Shown: in pieces, positions 12,019 to 32,025 of the stretch
How positions within the stretch are numbered: the stretch's first letter is position 1
Layout: every line of letters begins with the position of its first letter
Source of the DNA: Macrostomum lignano
Taxonomy: Eukaryota
NCBI GenBank assembly: GCA_002269645.1
Contig: NIVC01000020.1
Span: 558,001 to 622,000 of the forward strand
DNA: 64,000 bases
Direction of reading: 5' to 3'
Position numbers and translations under genes: made by a program
The notes under the pieces: generated by a model
What the model was told of the DNA's origin: nothing
Seen by the model: only the letters and a program-made list of their open reading frames with translations
The model's database searches: none

Positions 12019-12726
12019 GTTGCTGGTTAAAAGAAGAAACGTAAACTTCGGTGCTTAATTAATTGTCGTAAAGTCAATTTCTTGCAACGCGATCATTTCA
12101 AATCAGTGAAGAAGTTAATGCAAAATTGTAGCAGTGTATTATAATAAAAATTAGCCTGCTGTTTTGCTAGACAAAAAGTACTAATAAAATTTCAGAGGTT
12201 TAAAAGATTTATCTTTTAAATAATCTTATTTGCTTAGCAAGTACTAATTTTTCGACCAAACGTTCTTTGTTTACTAGAACGTATGCACTTTTATCTGCGT
12301 TCCCGTGTTATTTTATTGGTTTGCTTCTTTAGTTTTATTCACAAACAGCATTTCTTTAATCTTTAACCTTTAAAAGTGTAGAAGTAACAAACTGTTATGT
12401 TGTTAATTTTTTCCCTTTGATCTTCAGTACCAATATGTAATACATAGCTTTAGTTTAATAGAAACATTTTGATCCGTTTTTTAAATATAGTGAGTGCTAA
12501 GTTTGCTAATTAAATCTGGGTAAAATCCCTATGCTAGGTGGACAGAAATACAAAGCCAACTGTTGTTACTTATTAATATTAGGTGGCCCCTATGTGACAT
12601 TTAAAAAAATATTTTTTACCAATGTAATAATTCTAACTAAATAGTATTAGTAAAATACTTCTATAAGTTTGCAATAGATCTAATTTATGATTACTTTGAA
12701 TGCTAAAAGGGTTATACCAAATTTAT

Positions 12727-12968
12727 GGTGTATGACCAAAACCGCCACACACCAAGACTGCCACACTTGAGGAGCTGGGGAAGGAATTTGGCTGAATATG
12801 TTATTGAATAGTGCTAGAGGGGGGATGAGTGGGTAGGAGAGCCAATAGGACAAGCCTACAAGAGAAACCTATGAGAGGAATAGCAATGCTAGAAGATTGA
12901 TTAGCTCCCCCTCAATACCAGTAAATAGTTGTGGCAGTTTTTGTGTATGGCAGTCTTAGTCATGCACC
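12727..12968. mobile_element. 242-bp MITE with ~38-bp imperfect TIRs (GGTGTATGACC...GTCATGCACC) and an 8-bp TSD
   Basis: TSD AAATTTAT at 12719-12726 and 12969-12976. The left arm GGTGTATGACCAAAACCGCCACACACCAAGACTGCCAC matches the reverse complement of the right arm GGTGCATGACTAAGACTGCCATACACAAAAACTGCCAC. GG termini with an 8-bp TSD are compatible with Merlin-type elements; the superfamily is not established. Confidence 0.88.
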
Positions 12969-13586
12969 AAATTTATACCAAATATATATTGAGGATTAGA
13001 TATTGACAAATTTGGTGGTACCCTTTTTAGGTCATACCTTTTGAAAGTATCATAGTAGGGTAGGCCTACTTTGTTAAAAGATTGTTTTTATATTTTGCTA
13101 AAATTAATACTTTTCTTTAATAGAAACAATTAAACTGATTTAAATATATGAAGTTTTTGTAACTATAACAAGGTCTATCTATATAATAGCTTTTTATGAA
13201 TGTTTTTATTATTAGTTGTTCTAAAATATTTATTTATTTATTTTTAATATAATAAATTATAATAAAATAAATTAGAACTTTTAATAATTTTGAAAAACAT
13301 AATTCTAAAAAAGATTTTTAAAATTTCAATTTTAGTAAAACCTTTTTAAAAACCTAATAGGCTAATAGCTAGCTATAAATAAAGCTAAAAAAATATTAGC
13401 ATTTTAGCTATATTAGTAGATTAATTGTTTGATATATTCTAATTATATTCTATCTAAATAGACTTATTCTTTAGTAGTCTAAAAGAATATTTTTTATATG
13501 CTTGCTTAATGTAAGATTTATTTAAAAACTCTTTTCAATTTTGAAACATTTAAAATTTAAATGTTTTTGATAGGCCTACTTATTTA

Positions 13587-14312
13587 GGCAGTTGTTATTG
13601 TTACGGTGACTGTATAAATAGCGAGATGGTTACTTTTATGGTTAACACTTAAAACTAATACCATCTAAATGAAGTGACAAACTTGCTATGCAAATACTAT
13701 GATGGTTAAATTTAAAAAATAAAGAAATGTTTTATTAATAAATACCATGGTAACTTCTAGTGGTTCTTGTCATAGTAGCTCACTTTAGGTAATTGTTACT
13801 ATTACCTTGTAATTTAACAGAAATTTCTTCCACATGACCATAAAAATATCCATTTTGCTTCCTACCTACGGTGACCATAAAAATAACAGTTTTGCTATTT
13901 ATACGGTTACATTAAGTAACATACATGCGCAACAGTCGGCCGAGTCGGCCGATCCGGCCGACCGATTTGGCGGCCAATCAAGGAAGTTGCAAAAATGCTC
14001 ACCCAAAAAATACCAAAGTAATAGTACTAAGTAGCTGACGAGGCATTTTGCCTTAATAAGACAGTCATAGTTACTCCTGCCGTTTACCCAAAGTTGCGTT
14101 AATTTTGCATTTGGGTTTTTTACATGTAAGTCGCATTTTTGGCCAAAAACTATGTCGCATTTTTGTTAAAACTAAGTCGCATGGCCGACCGAATTTTGAA
14201 GGTTGTGCATGTATGTTAAGTAAAGACCATAGGCCCGCATAGTGTCTTATGTGTTAACTGTAAAAATAACCATTTTGTTATTTATACGGTCACCGTAACA
14301 ATAACAACTGCC
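13587..14312. mobile_element. 726-bp non-autonomous DNA transposon with ~65-bp TIRs (GGCAGTTGTTATTGTTACGGTGAC...) and a 9-bp TSD; Mutator- or Merlin-like
   Basis: TSD ACTTATTTA at 13578-13586 and 14313-14321. The first 24 nt of the two TIRs are perfect reverse complements. No transposase ORF. Confidence 0.92.
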
Positions 14313-15112
14313 ACTTATTTAACCTCTAAATACAAAAGAATTTCATTAACATTAGTACTTTGTTCCTTATATTCTATCTAAAAAAACTTATGTATAACTA
14401 TGTTATCCAATATTTGTAAGGTTAAATTAGATAAAATAAACTTAAATTAGTTAGCCATTTTTTAATTTATGAAGTCAATAAATGCTTGCAAATAAACCTA
14501 TTTTAATCTACAAGTGTATTATTAAATTGTATATCAATATTTCATTTTCAAGTCATTATTAGAAAACTATTGTTAACATAAAGTACCAAAGTAATAACTT
14601 CTAATAAGGCTTACACAATATTTATTTAAAGCAAATATAAGTTATATATAAAGATTTATATAAATATTTGCATACTATGCTTATATTAATTATATGATAA
14701 GAGATTTTATTATCTAAATATTATTTATATTACTCCTAATGCATTATAATTTAGTGTAGTATTACTGTATGTTTTTTAAATAATTATCTATGCCCTTATA
14801 CACTTAGCATAGGCATTTAAGTTTTGATGCAATGCTGGAAGGACTTGCTATAGTTGGAGCAATAGCAATATAGCAAACTAATATATTTGCTAAATAAGAA
14901 AAAAACACCAAGAAAAAGCCAGATGCAATTATTTAAGTATGAAGTTGTATAAAATGATATTTGAGTTATTGATAAAAGTTGGAGTAGAAAAACATTATGT
15001 TTGCATTGATGTACACATTAGTAAGGTAAATACTTGGCAAGGTAAGTAGGGCACAAGGTGAGTTAAAGCTTAATAGTCAGCCAGTCAATAGTCAGTGACA
15101 ACCCCCAACATG

Positions 15113-16855
15113 TCATCTGCCCCCTCCGAACCATAGAGGAGGCACTCCCCTATTTGAGCGCAAGGAGTAGCGCCTTAGCATGCTATCAGGAAGAGTTGGA
15201 CAAGGCTCTAGTGCCATGTAAAGCACAGCATCGGGTGCCACTTCTGTTGCCTGTTTGGTGTGTGCACCATTGTCGCCTTCCATGCTGCACCACTCAGGAG
15301 AACTGTTGATCAGGTCAGCAGCAGCATCACTGGCGTGTCTTGGTAATGGAGTGGTGGCATTGTTGTTGTTCTCTGCCTCTTCAGTGCTTGATTGATTTGC
15401 TTCCAGATTGATCAATGGTCGAATCTGATGCTGATGCGCCAATATGAGACACCCGGATCCTGGTTGAATGAGGGCGGTATTTGAGCCTTTCTGCAGGAGA
15501 AACTCCGCCTTTTCAGGGGAAGTCCAGCGGCGGGGACGTACCAGATGCCAGATCCGATCCGCGTGCGCATGGTAATGGGATTTTGCAGCTGCCGACCCAT
15601 CAGCTCCGATGGGCTGTGCGGACATCCTGCATGCAGGATGCAGCAGTAGTTTAGTTTAGTAGAAGCCTGGCCAAGAAGCTCTCGTACGTTTCTCGACGAT
15701 TCCAGCCCAGAGAGGCCTTCTTGATAGATTGAACCATTCGCTCCGCGATGCCGTTGGATGAGGATGCAGTGGCGGGGTCTTGATGGGGCAGCCAGCCAGC
15801 CGGTCATTCAGCATCATGGAATTCTGTTGCGTTGTCGCTCACCAGCACGTCAGGGACTCCATTGTAAGAGAAAACATCTTGGAGCACACGCTTCACGGTT
15901 GCTGCACTTTTATCTGGAACTCGCACGGCCTCCAGCTAGCCCGACATAGCGTCCACGAGAATCAGGATGAGACCGACTCCTGGCACGTGTGCATGGTGCA
16001 TATGGATGCGGCACAATTGACCGTTCTCTTGTGGCCAGCGGTGTACGGTGCTCTCACCTCTTGGATGAAGTCTGGCACATGTTAGACAGGCACCTGTATC
16101 CCAAGCAAATTAAAGGTGCTCTTTTAAGGTTTGTCGGCCAGTTTGTACCAAAGAAGGACAGCTCTGCCTGTCCAGTGCACAATGCGCGCGCCCTTGCTGG
16201 CTTTGGATAGGCGCTAAGTTGACTCATCTATGAAATGGAGACGTGGGATCTCATCACCTTTTACATATTTGATTCGCACTGGCCACCTTTGGGAGCTGCC
16301 GCCTCCTACCGAATAGGAATTCTAGGGGTTGGTGGTCTGTCTTCAGTAAAAAGCAGGTTCCCAGCAGAATTTGGCGGGCTCAATCCATAACCCAGACAAT
16401 TGCAAGGGCCTCTCACTTTACGTTGGATTATCTAGACTTAGCTTCACTTGATCTCCTGCTGAAGTACATCACAGAATGTCCATCTTGGGTGAGAATCACA
16501 GCAATAGCATGATCACTGGCATCCGTGGTCAGCGTTGTTTCCTTTTTCTAATTGAATGGGCGGATGATGTGTCTGCTGGCCAGGAGTTCCTTCAGATGGT
16601 GAAACACCCAATCCTGTTCTGCGCCCCAAATAAAGTCAGTATTCCTACCTCTTAGCTGATTCAATGGCTCAACGATGCTGGAGTATTCTTCACGAACCTC
16701 CCAAAAAAGTTGCAGAGGCCTAAGAAGGGCTCTAACTGGCGACGGTCCTTGGGCGCATTGATTTCCTGGATTATTTTAACCAACTTTGGATCGGGAGAGA
16801 TGCCTGTAGTGCTAATCCTGTAGCCCAGAAATCTTACCTTCGCAAGTTCTAACTG
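15113..16855 (-). mobile_element. Degenerate, 5'-truncated Ty3/Gypsy-type retrotransposon pol (RT thumb, RNase H, integrase)
   Basis: Minus-strand translations across stops and frameshifts: VRFLGYRISTTGISPDPK...FLGLCNFFGRFV (RT C-terminus), TTDASDHAIAVIL...EALAIVW...TDHQPLEF (RNase H), LILVDAMSG...FSYNGVPDVLVSDNATEF...SNGIAERMVQSIKK (rve core). The order is RT-RH-INT, followed by a G-rich PPT-like tract near 15100-15128. Confidence 0.92.
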
Positions 16856-17480
16856 ATTTGATTAGATTGGATTGAGGGGATAAATTTGCCTTTCTCAGTG
16901 TAGGTTTATAAGTACTCATTTGATTAGATTGGATTGAGGGGATAAATTTGCCTTTCTCAGTGTAGGTTTGTAAGTACTCATTTGATTAGATTGGATTGAG
17001 GGGATAAATTTTCCTTTCTCAGTGTAGGTTTATAAGTACTCATTTGATTAGATTGGATTGAGGGGATAAATTTGCCTTTCTCAGTGTAGGTTTATAAGTA
17101 CTCATTTGATTAGATTGGATTGAGGGGATAAATTTTCCTTTCTCAGTGTAGGTTTGTAAGTACTCATTTGATTAGATTGGATTGAGGGGATAAATTTTCC
17201 TTTCTCAGTGTAGGTTTGTAAGTACTCATTTGATTAGATTGGATTGAGGGGATAAATTTGCCTTTCTCAGTGTAGGTTTGTAAGTACTCATTTGATTAGA
17301 TTGGATTGAGGGGATAAATTTTCCTTTCTCAGTGTAGGTTTGTAAGTACTCATTTGATTAGATTGGATTGAGGGGATAAATTTGCCTTTCTCAGTGTAGG
17401 TTTGTAAGTACTCATTTGATTAGATTGGATTGAGGGGATAAATTTTCCTTTCTCAGTGTAGGTTTGTAAGTACTCATTTG
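16856..17480. repeat. 62-bp tandem array x~10 abutting the truncated RT end of the Gypsy relic
   Basis: Unit starts at 16856, 16918, 16980 and so on; variants TTTG/TTTT and ATA/GTA. Confidence 0.97.
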
Positions 17481-17745
17481 TAGGATTTTGAACTTATTTC
17501 AATCAAGTCTATTGCTTATGTTATAAAAGTAACAATATATATTTCTAGCTAAAGGATTATACGATTACAAAGCCTTGGGAATATTGAAACTTAAGGGTTA
17601 TATACCTAACAATATATTATACCCTTTGAATGCTAAAAGTATTTTAGTTTAGTTGGGAATAATGCTATTTTTAATCCAACAGATTTCAATTTGATTCTAC
17701 GAGTATCTTCAATTAAGAACTCATCCTTTTAAATTGGTTGATTAA

Positions 17746-25399
<7,654 letters not shown>

Positions 25400-25787
25400 A
25401 GTCCCGGACTCGATAGCCAGTTTCCCTCGCGGTTGTCGGCGCACGGAGGATGCGCTCGCTTTTCGATTTTTATGTCCCACATTTCACTTCATTTTTTCCC
25501 ATCCAGCCCATGCGTGGATCTCAGAGGTTAGCGTGATTCCTGAGTTGCATTGCCCATGCACTGTTGAATTGCTGGCCAGTCTGTGTGCCCTCTCATTACA
25601 TGGCCTTTTTACACACTTGCAGTCTGCGTAGCCGCCTCGCTATTTTTTATGCTGTCTCGCCTCCGCTTATTGCTATTTTTTACCTCATCAGGCCGGCTTG
25701 TTTGGTGTTCCCCCGGCTTCTGGCTGCCGGAGTGCCCAGGTCATGCGGCTTTGGTCGTTTGTTAATCCGTTAGGACCGCGAGTTATC

Positions 25788-26245
25788 ATGACCCCCAGCA
25801 TGCCCTCCTATGACCGTGAGCTATGCCCCCAGTATGCACCCCTATGACCGTGAGCTATGCCCCCAGTATGCACCCCTATTACCGTGAGCTATGACCCCAG
25901 TATGCACCCCTATGACCGTGAGCTATGACCCCAGTATGCACCCCACTATGACCATGAGCTATGACCCCAAGCATGCACCCCACTATGACCGTGAGCTATG
26001 ACCCCAGTATGCACCCCACTATGACCATGAGCTATGACCCCAAGCATGCACCCCACTATGACCGTGAGCTATGACCCCAGTATGCACCCCACTATGACCG
26101 TGAGCTATGACCCCAAGCATGCACCCCACTATGACCGAGAGCTATGACCCCAGTATGCACCCCACTATGAGCATGAGCTATGATCCCCATTATGCACCCC
26201 ACTATGAACATGAGCTTTGATCCCCATTATGCACCCACTTTGACC
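25788..26245. repeat. 34-37-bp minisatellite (TATGACCGTGAGCTATGACCCCAGTATGCACCCCAC)
   Basis: Read directly; downstream of the AMPK stop. Confidence 0.93.
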
Positions 26246-26260
26246 AATATTTATGATATC

Positions 26261-26752
26261 CAGTCAGATCATGAGCTATGACCTCCAGTCAGATCATGAG
26301 CTGTGACCTCCAGTCAGATCATGAGCTATGACCTCCAGTCAGATCATGAGCTGTGACCTCCAGTCAGATCATGAGCTATGACCTCCAGTCAGATCATGAG
26401 CTATGACCTCCAGTCAGATCATGAGCTGTGACCTCCAGTCAGATCATGAGCTATGACCTCCAGTCAGATCATGAGCTATGACCTCCAGTCAGATCATGAA
26501 CTATGACCTCCAGTCAGATCATGAGCTATGACCTCCAGTTAGATCATGAGCTATGACCTCCAGTCAGATCATGAGCTATGAACTCCAGTCAGATCATGAA
26601 CTATGACCTCCAGTCAGATCATGAGCTATGACCTCCAGTCAGATCATGAGCTATGACCTCCAGTCAGATCATAGCTATGATATCCAGTCAGATCATGAGC
26701 TATGACCTCCAGTCAGATCATAGCTATGAACTCCAGTCAGATCATGAGCTGT
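26261..26752. repeat. 25-bp minisatellite (CAGTCAGATCATGAGCTATGACCTC) x~20
   Basis: Read directly; shares TGAGCTATGACC with the adjacent array. Confidence 0.95.
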
Positions 26753-27397
26753 GTTTAGATGAGGCACTAGTTCGCCATGACTTCAAAGTCTAGCCTGCTC
26801 GTGTTTGCTGCTCTGCAGTTGCAGTTGCTGGCACGCGAGTTTCGAGTATTCGGAATGTCCGGAGCCAGTCCTTGGCCGTGTCCCAGTGCCAGCCCTCGTG
26901 AGGCCCCCCTCTCATCTGTGTCTGTAAAACATTTTCTGTCGGAATTTTATTTGTTTCCTCCCAGATTATTTCGTAGCATCTTTATAGTTTTGTTTGATTT
27001 TTTAAGCTCTTGATGAAGCGCAAAATGCGAATGTTTATTGTTGTTGATTTTATTATATCATAATTATAACGCTTATTATATTATTAATTCAATAGGTCAG
27101 GCATACACTACAGGCAAAATCGCGTCCTAAATTATCTCCAACAAGTGTGCTATCTGACTCTTGGACTTCTTTCATTTCTAAACAAGTTGCCAATGATAAG
27201 TCACGTGCAATATTGAGCTGCCGATATGTATGGAAAGTAGTTTGTGAAAGCGCATTGTTGCGTAATACATAATGCGTGTAATTCCAAAATTGACCTACGT
27301 TTTAACCAGACAAAATCTCGATACGATTTTTAAAGAATTCCTAAACTGTATAAAAAACTTTATCGTTTATAGACTTTTATATAAGCACGTTGAACTC

Positions 27398-27401
27398 AAA
27401 A
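27398..27401 (-). terminator. Pol III oligo-dT terminator of tRNA-Ala
   Basis: TTTT on the minus strand, 5 nt after the tRNA 3' end. Confidence 0.7.
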
Positions 27402-27406
27402 GGTTG

Positions 27407-27479
27407 TGGAGTACCAGGGCATCGATCCCTGTACCTCTCGCATGCTAAGCGAGCGCTCTACCATTTGAGCTAGTACCCC
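27407..27479 (-). tRNA. tRNA-Ala(AGC): tRNA-Ala (anticodon AGC), 73 nt, intronless
   Basis: GGGGTACTAGCTCAAATGGTAGAGCGCTCGCTTAGCATGCGAGAGGTACAGGGATCGATGCCCTGGTACTCCA. The acceptor stem pairs throughout and includes the G3:U70 alanine identity pair; discriminator A; no encoded CCA. Confidence 0.98.
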
Positions 27480-28113
27480 TTATCTCTCAGCTGTGGCAGA
27501 GGTCATATAAATACATTAAACAAGACCGAATTAAAGCCAGACACGTCGCTTGTAAATCAATCAAAACGAACGTTTAGAACTTTTTATTTTTTTGGATTGT
27601 ATCTTCAGCTACTTTAATAGGTAATCAAGTTACTATGCAATCTACCATTGTTTAATATTGGCGTATAAATGCGTTACAACTGTATTACAGTAAACTCCTG
27701 GTCCTGGCTATCTCCTATCGATTCGTAGTGTTCAAACCTTAACATACTTATTCAGTGGTATTAAACTTTTAGAATTTTAAATTTAAAATAAAAAATTTTC
27801 AAGAAAACTTTTACTTGAAGACGAAGTCGATGCAGTGGTAAAAATTAGAAAAATATGTTGCATACTGTCAGTAGGCATATTAGCACTTTTTGTCTAAATT
27901 AGTAAAAGGAAAACTGCAAATTTCTAAATTTGGCCATCCACTCGTTCATGTTGATTTCGCTCAGCATTTTACCAAATATGGAAATTGCTCGCCGTTGCCG
28001 TTATCCATAAATGGAAAATCTCCCATTGTCCAGCTGCGATGCGGAATACAAAAGTAGAATACATCTTCAACTCTGGGAGCTCGCAGTACTCCCATAATCG
28101 ATTGCTCGCCATC

Positions 28114-29458
28114 ATGCAGTTCGCCAAGCGATACCCGTTCGAGGTGTCTTTCAAAGTGGCCAAGCTGCAGGGCGATGCGGTCAGCCGCAACCTGAGCCCT
28201 GACTCGGCGGCCGAGTGCCACCTGCGGCTGCGCCCCGGCCCGCCACCGCAGTCGGGGCACTGCGAGATCTACCTGGTTTGCAAGTGCGGAGAACGCAGCA
28301 GCTTTGCCTACGTGGAGGCGCACCTGGCCCAGTCGGCAGCGCAGGTGGCCGACTCTGACGGCGGCCTCCTGCTGGGCGGTCTCGTGCAGAGATTCGACTC
28401 CGGGACCACGGAGCGGCTACTGGGTCGGATCGCCCTGCCCACCATCGGCCGCAACGCCCGCTACCTGGCCGCCAACCTGCGCCTCACCGGCCACCTGCTG
28501 GTGGAGGACGGCTGCGGCCCGGATGCCTTCGCGCCGGACGAAATCAGCGACGTCCGGCTGCTGGTGGAGGGCCGGGAGCTGCACCTGCACCGCGGCCTGC
28601 TCGCCAAGACATCGCCAGTGTTCCGCGCCATGCTGCTCGGCTGCTTTCGCGAGGGCCAGCAGCAGCAGGAGGCGATCGAGCTGCCGGGTAAGAGCCTCAG
28701 CCAGTTCGTGGAGCTGCTGGCCACCGTCTACCCGCCCCAGCTGGAGATGCACAGCGGCAGGTGAGGGGACAGCACTTGCTTATTCTTTGTTCTACTATCA
28801 GTAGCTGCAGAGAGCAGTCAATCAAAAATTTACGACTCTAGAATTTATAGCAATAAACACGTGATTGAACAATCCAGAGCTCGACACCTGCTGCCGTTGC
28901 TGGCTGAGTACCAGATGGTTCACCTGCTGGACCGCTGCGAGCGGGCGTTGCTGCAGTCGCCGGTGTACACTCTGCCCGACGGCTGCGGCTTTCGGGACCC
29001 TTCTGGAGAAGACGCGGCAGACATCGGGGTGAGTGACCGAATCTCCTATCTCCACTCCCATTATGCATGTACTTGCTGGCTCTCATCCTGAAAAGTACAT
29101 CTTAAATGTACTTTAAATTTGAGTACAATTGATCTCGGCTCCCCGCTCTGCTCAGCTGAGACTTCCATCTCCGCCATTAATGCAGCCGAATCTGCCTGAA
29201 GCGTGGATGGAGGAGCTGCTGGAGCATGCCTGCTTGGCCACGGTGTACCAGCTGCGGGAGCTGCAGGACCAGGCGGTGTCGCTGCTGGCCAGCATCCAGC
29301 TGACCGCCGCCAGCCAGTCAACGCTGAAGGAATATCTGCCAGACGAGATTCTCTGCCGGATCTTCGCCCGCCGGGTGAGCTTGCTGGAGGGCAAGATCGG
29401 CCGGCTAAGCGAGGAGCTGGAGCGGTACCGCAGCCAGCTGGCAGAGTCCGAAGGCTGA
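28114..29458 (+). CDS. BTB/POZ-domain protein (~365 aa, 3 exons), probable Cullin-3 adaptor with a C-terminal coiled coil
   Basis: Exons 28114-28760, 28851 (or in-frame alternative 28878)-29028, 29186-29458. The segment SDVRLLVEGRELHLHRGLLAKTSPVFRAML...F.E...IELPGKSLSQFVELLATVYP is a classic BTB signature. The start was placed where GC3 rises (gccatcATG). Confidence 0.88.
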
Positions 29459-29904
29459 GCGAGTTGCACCAGACCCACATTGGTGTACATATATGTACTA
29501 GCATATGGCGGACACTAACCAATTTGTGTAAATGTACTTGAAGGAAGACTCAGTTTTGAATGCTTTGAATTTTGTCTGAAGCTCACCAGTCTCCAGTGTA
29601 CATAAAAGCTGAGCATTGTTCCAAGAATCAATTTGACAAACTTCTGAAACCATCTCCTACGTACATGTAAATGTAACTAAGAGAGACTCAAGTATTTTCA
29701 TACTTTCAGTGGTCATTGCTTTGTTCCCCAGTAATACTCATTAAATCTACTTATCTTTAACTGCACCAGAATCATGCGCTCGCAAATACAACTCATCTTA
29801 CGACTGTGCATGAGCTACTCACTCATCAGGCTGAGCAATGCGGCATTGTTAACTGAGCCATTGTGGCAGACACTTTAAGCAGAGTAAAGAATGGAACAGA
29901 GTAA

Positions 29905-30460
29905 AGGGTGGTGAATGAAGGGTGGTGAATGGAGGGTGGTGAATGGAGGGTATTGAGTGGAAGGTATTAAATGGAGGGTGGTCAAAGGAGGGTATTGAGT
30001 GGAAGGTATTAAATGGAGGGTGGTCAAAGGAGGGTATTGAGTGGAAGGTATTAAATGGAGGGGGTGAATGGAGGGTATTAAATGGAAGGTATTGAATGGA
30101 GGGTGGTGAATGGAGGGTATTAAATGGAAGTTATTAAATGGAGGGGGTGAATGGAGGGTATTAAATGGAAGGTATTGAATGGAGGGTGGTCAAAGGAGGG
30201 TATTGAGTGGAAGGTATTAAATGGAGGGTGGTCAAAGGAGGGTATTGAGTGGAAGGTATTGAATGGAGGGTGGTCAATGGAGGGTATTAAATGGAAGGTA
30301 TTGAATGGAGGGGGTGCATGGAGGGTGGTGAATGGAGGGTGGTGAATAGGGTGGTGAATGGAGGGTGTTAATGAATGGTGAAGCGAGTGTGGTGAAGGGA
30401 GGGTGGTGAATGGGGTGTTAATGAAGGGTGGTGAAGCGAGTGTGGTGAAGGGAGGGTGGA
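29905..30460. repeat. Purine-rich composite minisatellite (GAATGGAGGGTGGT and GGAAGGTATTAAATGGAGGG)
   Basis: Read directly. Confidence 0.9.
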
Positions 30461-31017
30461 GATGTCTGAGGCTGCATAGATACAGAGCTCATATTGCATA
30501 AGCAGACTGAGATGTCGAACAGCAAAACCAAGGAAAGAACTCAGAATCGGGATTAATTCGCTTAAATACCGCCGACGCAGCGACAAGCACTCGGAGAAAG
30601 CCGCATCGAGCCCGAGCCCTGTGGTCGGTGGTTCGATTCCTTGTGCCATTCAGCTGCCTTAGTTTGGTCCCAGCCCCCATCCCTGAAATTAGAATTTCAG
30701 GCAAAGTGCGGAAAGCAGAAGAAAATGATGCACTGGGCAAGTGGCAAAATATTATTCTGACAGCATTATCTGCGCGATTAAAAACAAAAAAAAAGAAAAT
30801 TTGGAGTTGCGCCGGCCATGGCAGACAATTTAAATAACAGACAATGCCAGAATGAGTAAAACAAAACTATTGATGGATTGCTCAAAGTGGAAGCGTGATT
30901 GCGGCAAGTACCAGATTACTGCAATCGAGTCCCAGATTACTGCAATCTAATCACACGTTTACTCTAACTCGGTCCCAGGCTACTGCAATATAATAAAACT
31001 TTACTGCAACCAGATGC

Positions 31018-32025
31018 CAGACCACTGCTACTCAGTCTCAGACCACTGCTACTCAGTCTCAGACCACTGCTGCTCAGTCCCAGACCACTGCTACTCAGTC
31101 TCAGACCACTGCTGCTCAGTCCCAGACCACTGCTACTCAGTCCCAGACCCCTGCTACTCAGTCTCAGACCACTGCTGCTCAGTCCCAGATCACTGCTACT
31201 CAGTCCCAGATCACTGCTACTCAGTCCCAGACCACTGCTACTCAGTCCCAGACCCCTGCTACTCAGTCTCAGACCACTGCTGCTCAGTCCCAGATCACTG
31301 CTACTCAGTCCCAGATCACTGCTACTCAGTCCCAGACCACTGCTACTCAGTCCCAGACCACTGCTACTCAGTCCCAGACCACTGCTACTCAGTCCCAGAC
31401 CACTGCTACTCAGTCCCAGACCACTGCTACTCAGTCCCAGACCACTGCTACTCAGTCCCAGACCACTGCTACTCAGTCCCAGACCACTGCTACTCAGTCC
31501 CAGACCACTGCTACTCAGTCCCAGACCACTGCTACTCAGTCCCAGACCACTGCTACTCAGTCCCAGATCACTGCTACTCAGTCCCAGACCACTGCTACTC
31601 AGTCCCAGACCACTGCTACTCAGTCCCAGACCACTGCTACTCAGTCCCAGACCACTGCTACTCAGTCCCAGACCACTGCTACTCAGTCCCAGACCACTGC
31701 TACTCAGTTCCAGACCACTGCTACTCAGTCCCAGACCACTGCTACTCAGTCCCAGACCACTGCTACTCAGTCCCAGACCACTGCTACTCAGTCCCAGACC
31801 ACTGCTACTCAGTCCCAGATCACTGCTACTCAGTCCCAGACCACTGCTACTCAGTCCCAGACCACTGCTACTCAGTCCCAGACCACTGCTACTCAGTCCC
31901 AGACCACTGCTACTCAGTCCCAGACCACTGCTACTCAGTCCCAGACCACTGCTACTCAGTCCCAGACCACTGCTACTCAGTCCCAGACCACTGCTACTCA
32001 GTCCCAGACCACTGCTACTCAGTCC
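31018..32025. repeat. 21-bp minisatellite (CCCAGACCACTGCTACTCAGT) x~48, beginning inside the last codons of the adjacent gene
   Basis: The minus-strand unit GGGACTGAGTAGCAGTGGTCT includes the terminal GGG ACT GAG TAG. Confidence 0.97.

Noticed and set aside
12600-13080. Possible older foldback element hosting the 242-bp MITE (AAATTTGGT...ACCC...AAAGT.ATC inverted similarity)
   Set aside because: The arms align only patchily in AT-rich sequence, and no termini or TSD could be defined.
15000-15112. 3' LTR of the Gypsy relic
   Set aside because: TG follows the purine tract, but no second LTR copy exists in the window to define the boundaries.
27985-28113. TTG-initiated N-terminal extension of the BTB ORF
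   Set aside because: AT-rich and non-coding in character; the ATG at 28114 has a good context and coincides with the GC3 shift.
30570-30650. Possible tRNA or SINE head (GGTTCGATTCC B box); similar B-box-like words near 19860 and 38895
   Set aside because: There is no A box at the right spacing and no cloverleaf; an isolated 11-mer is not enough.
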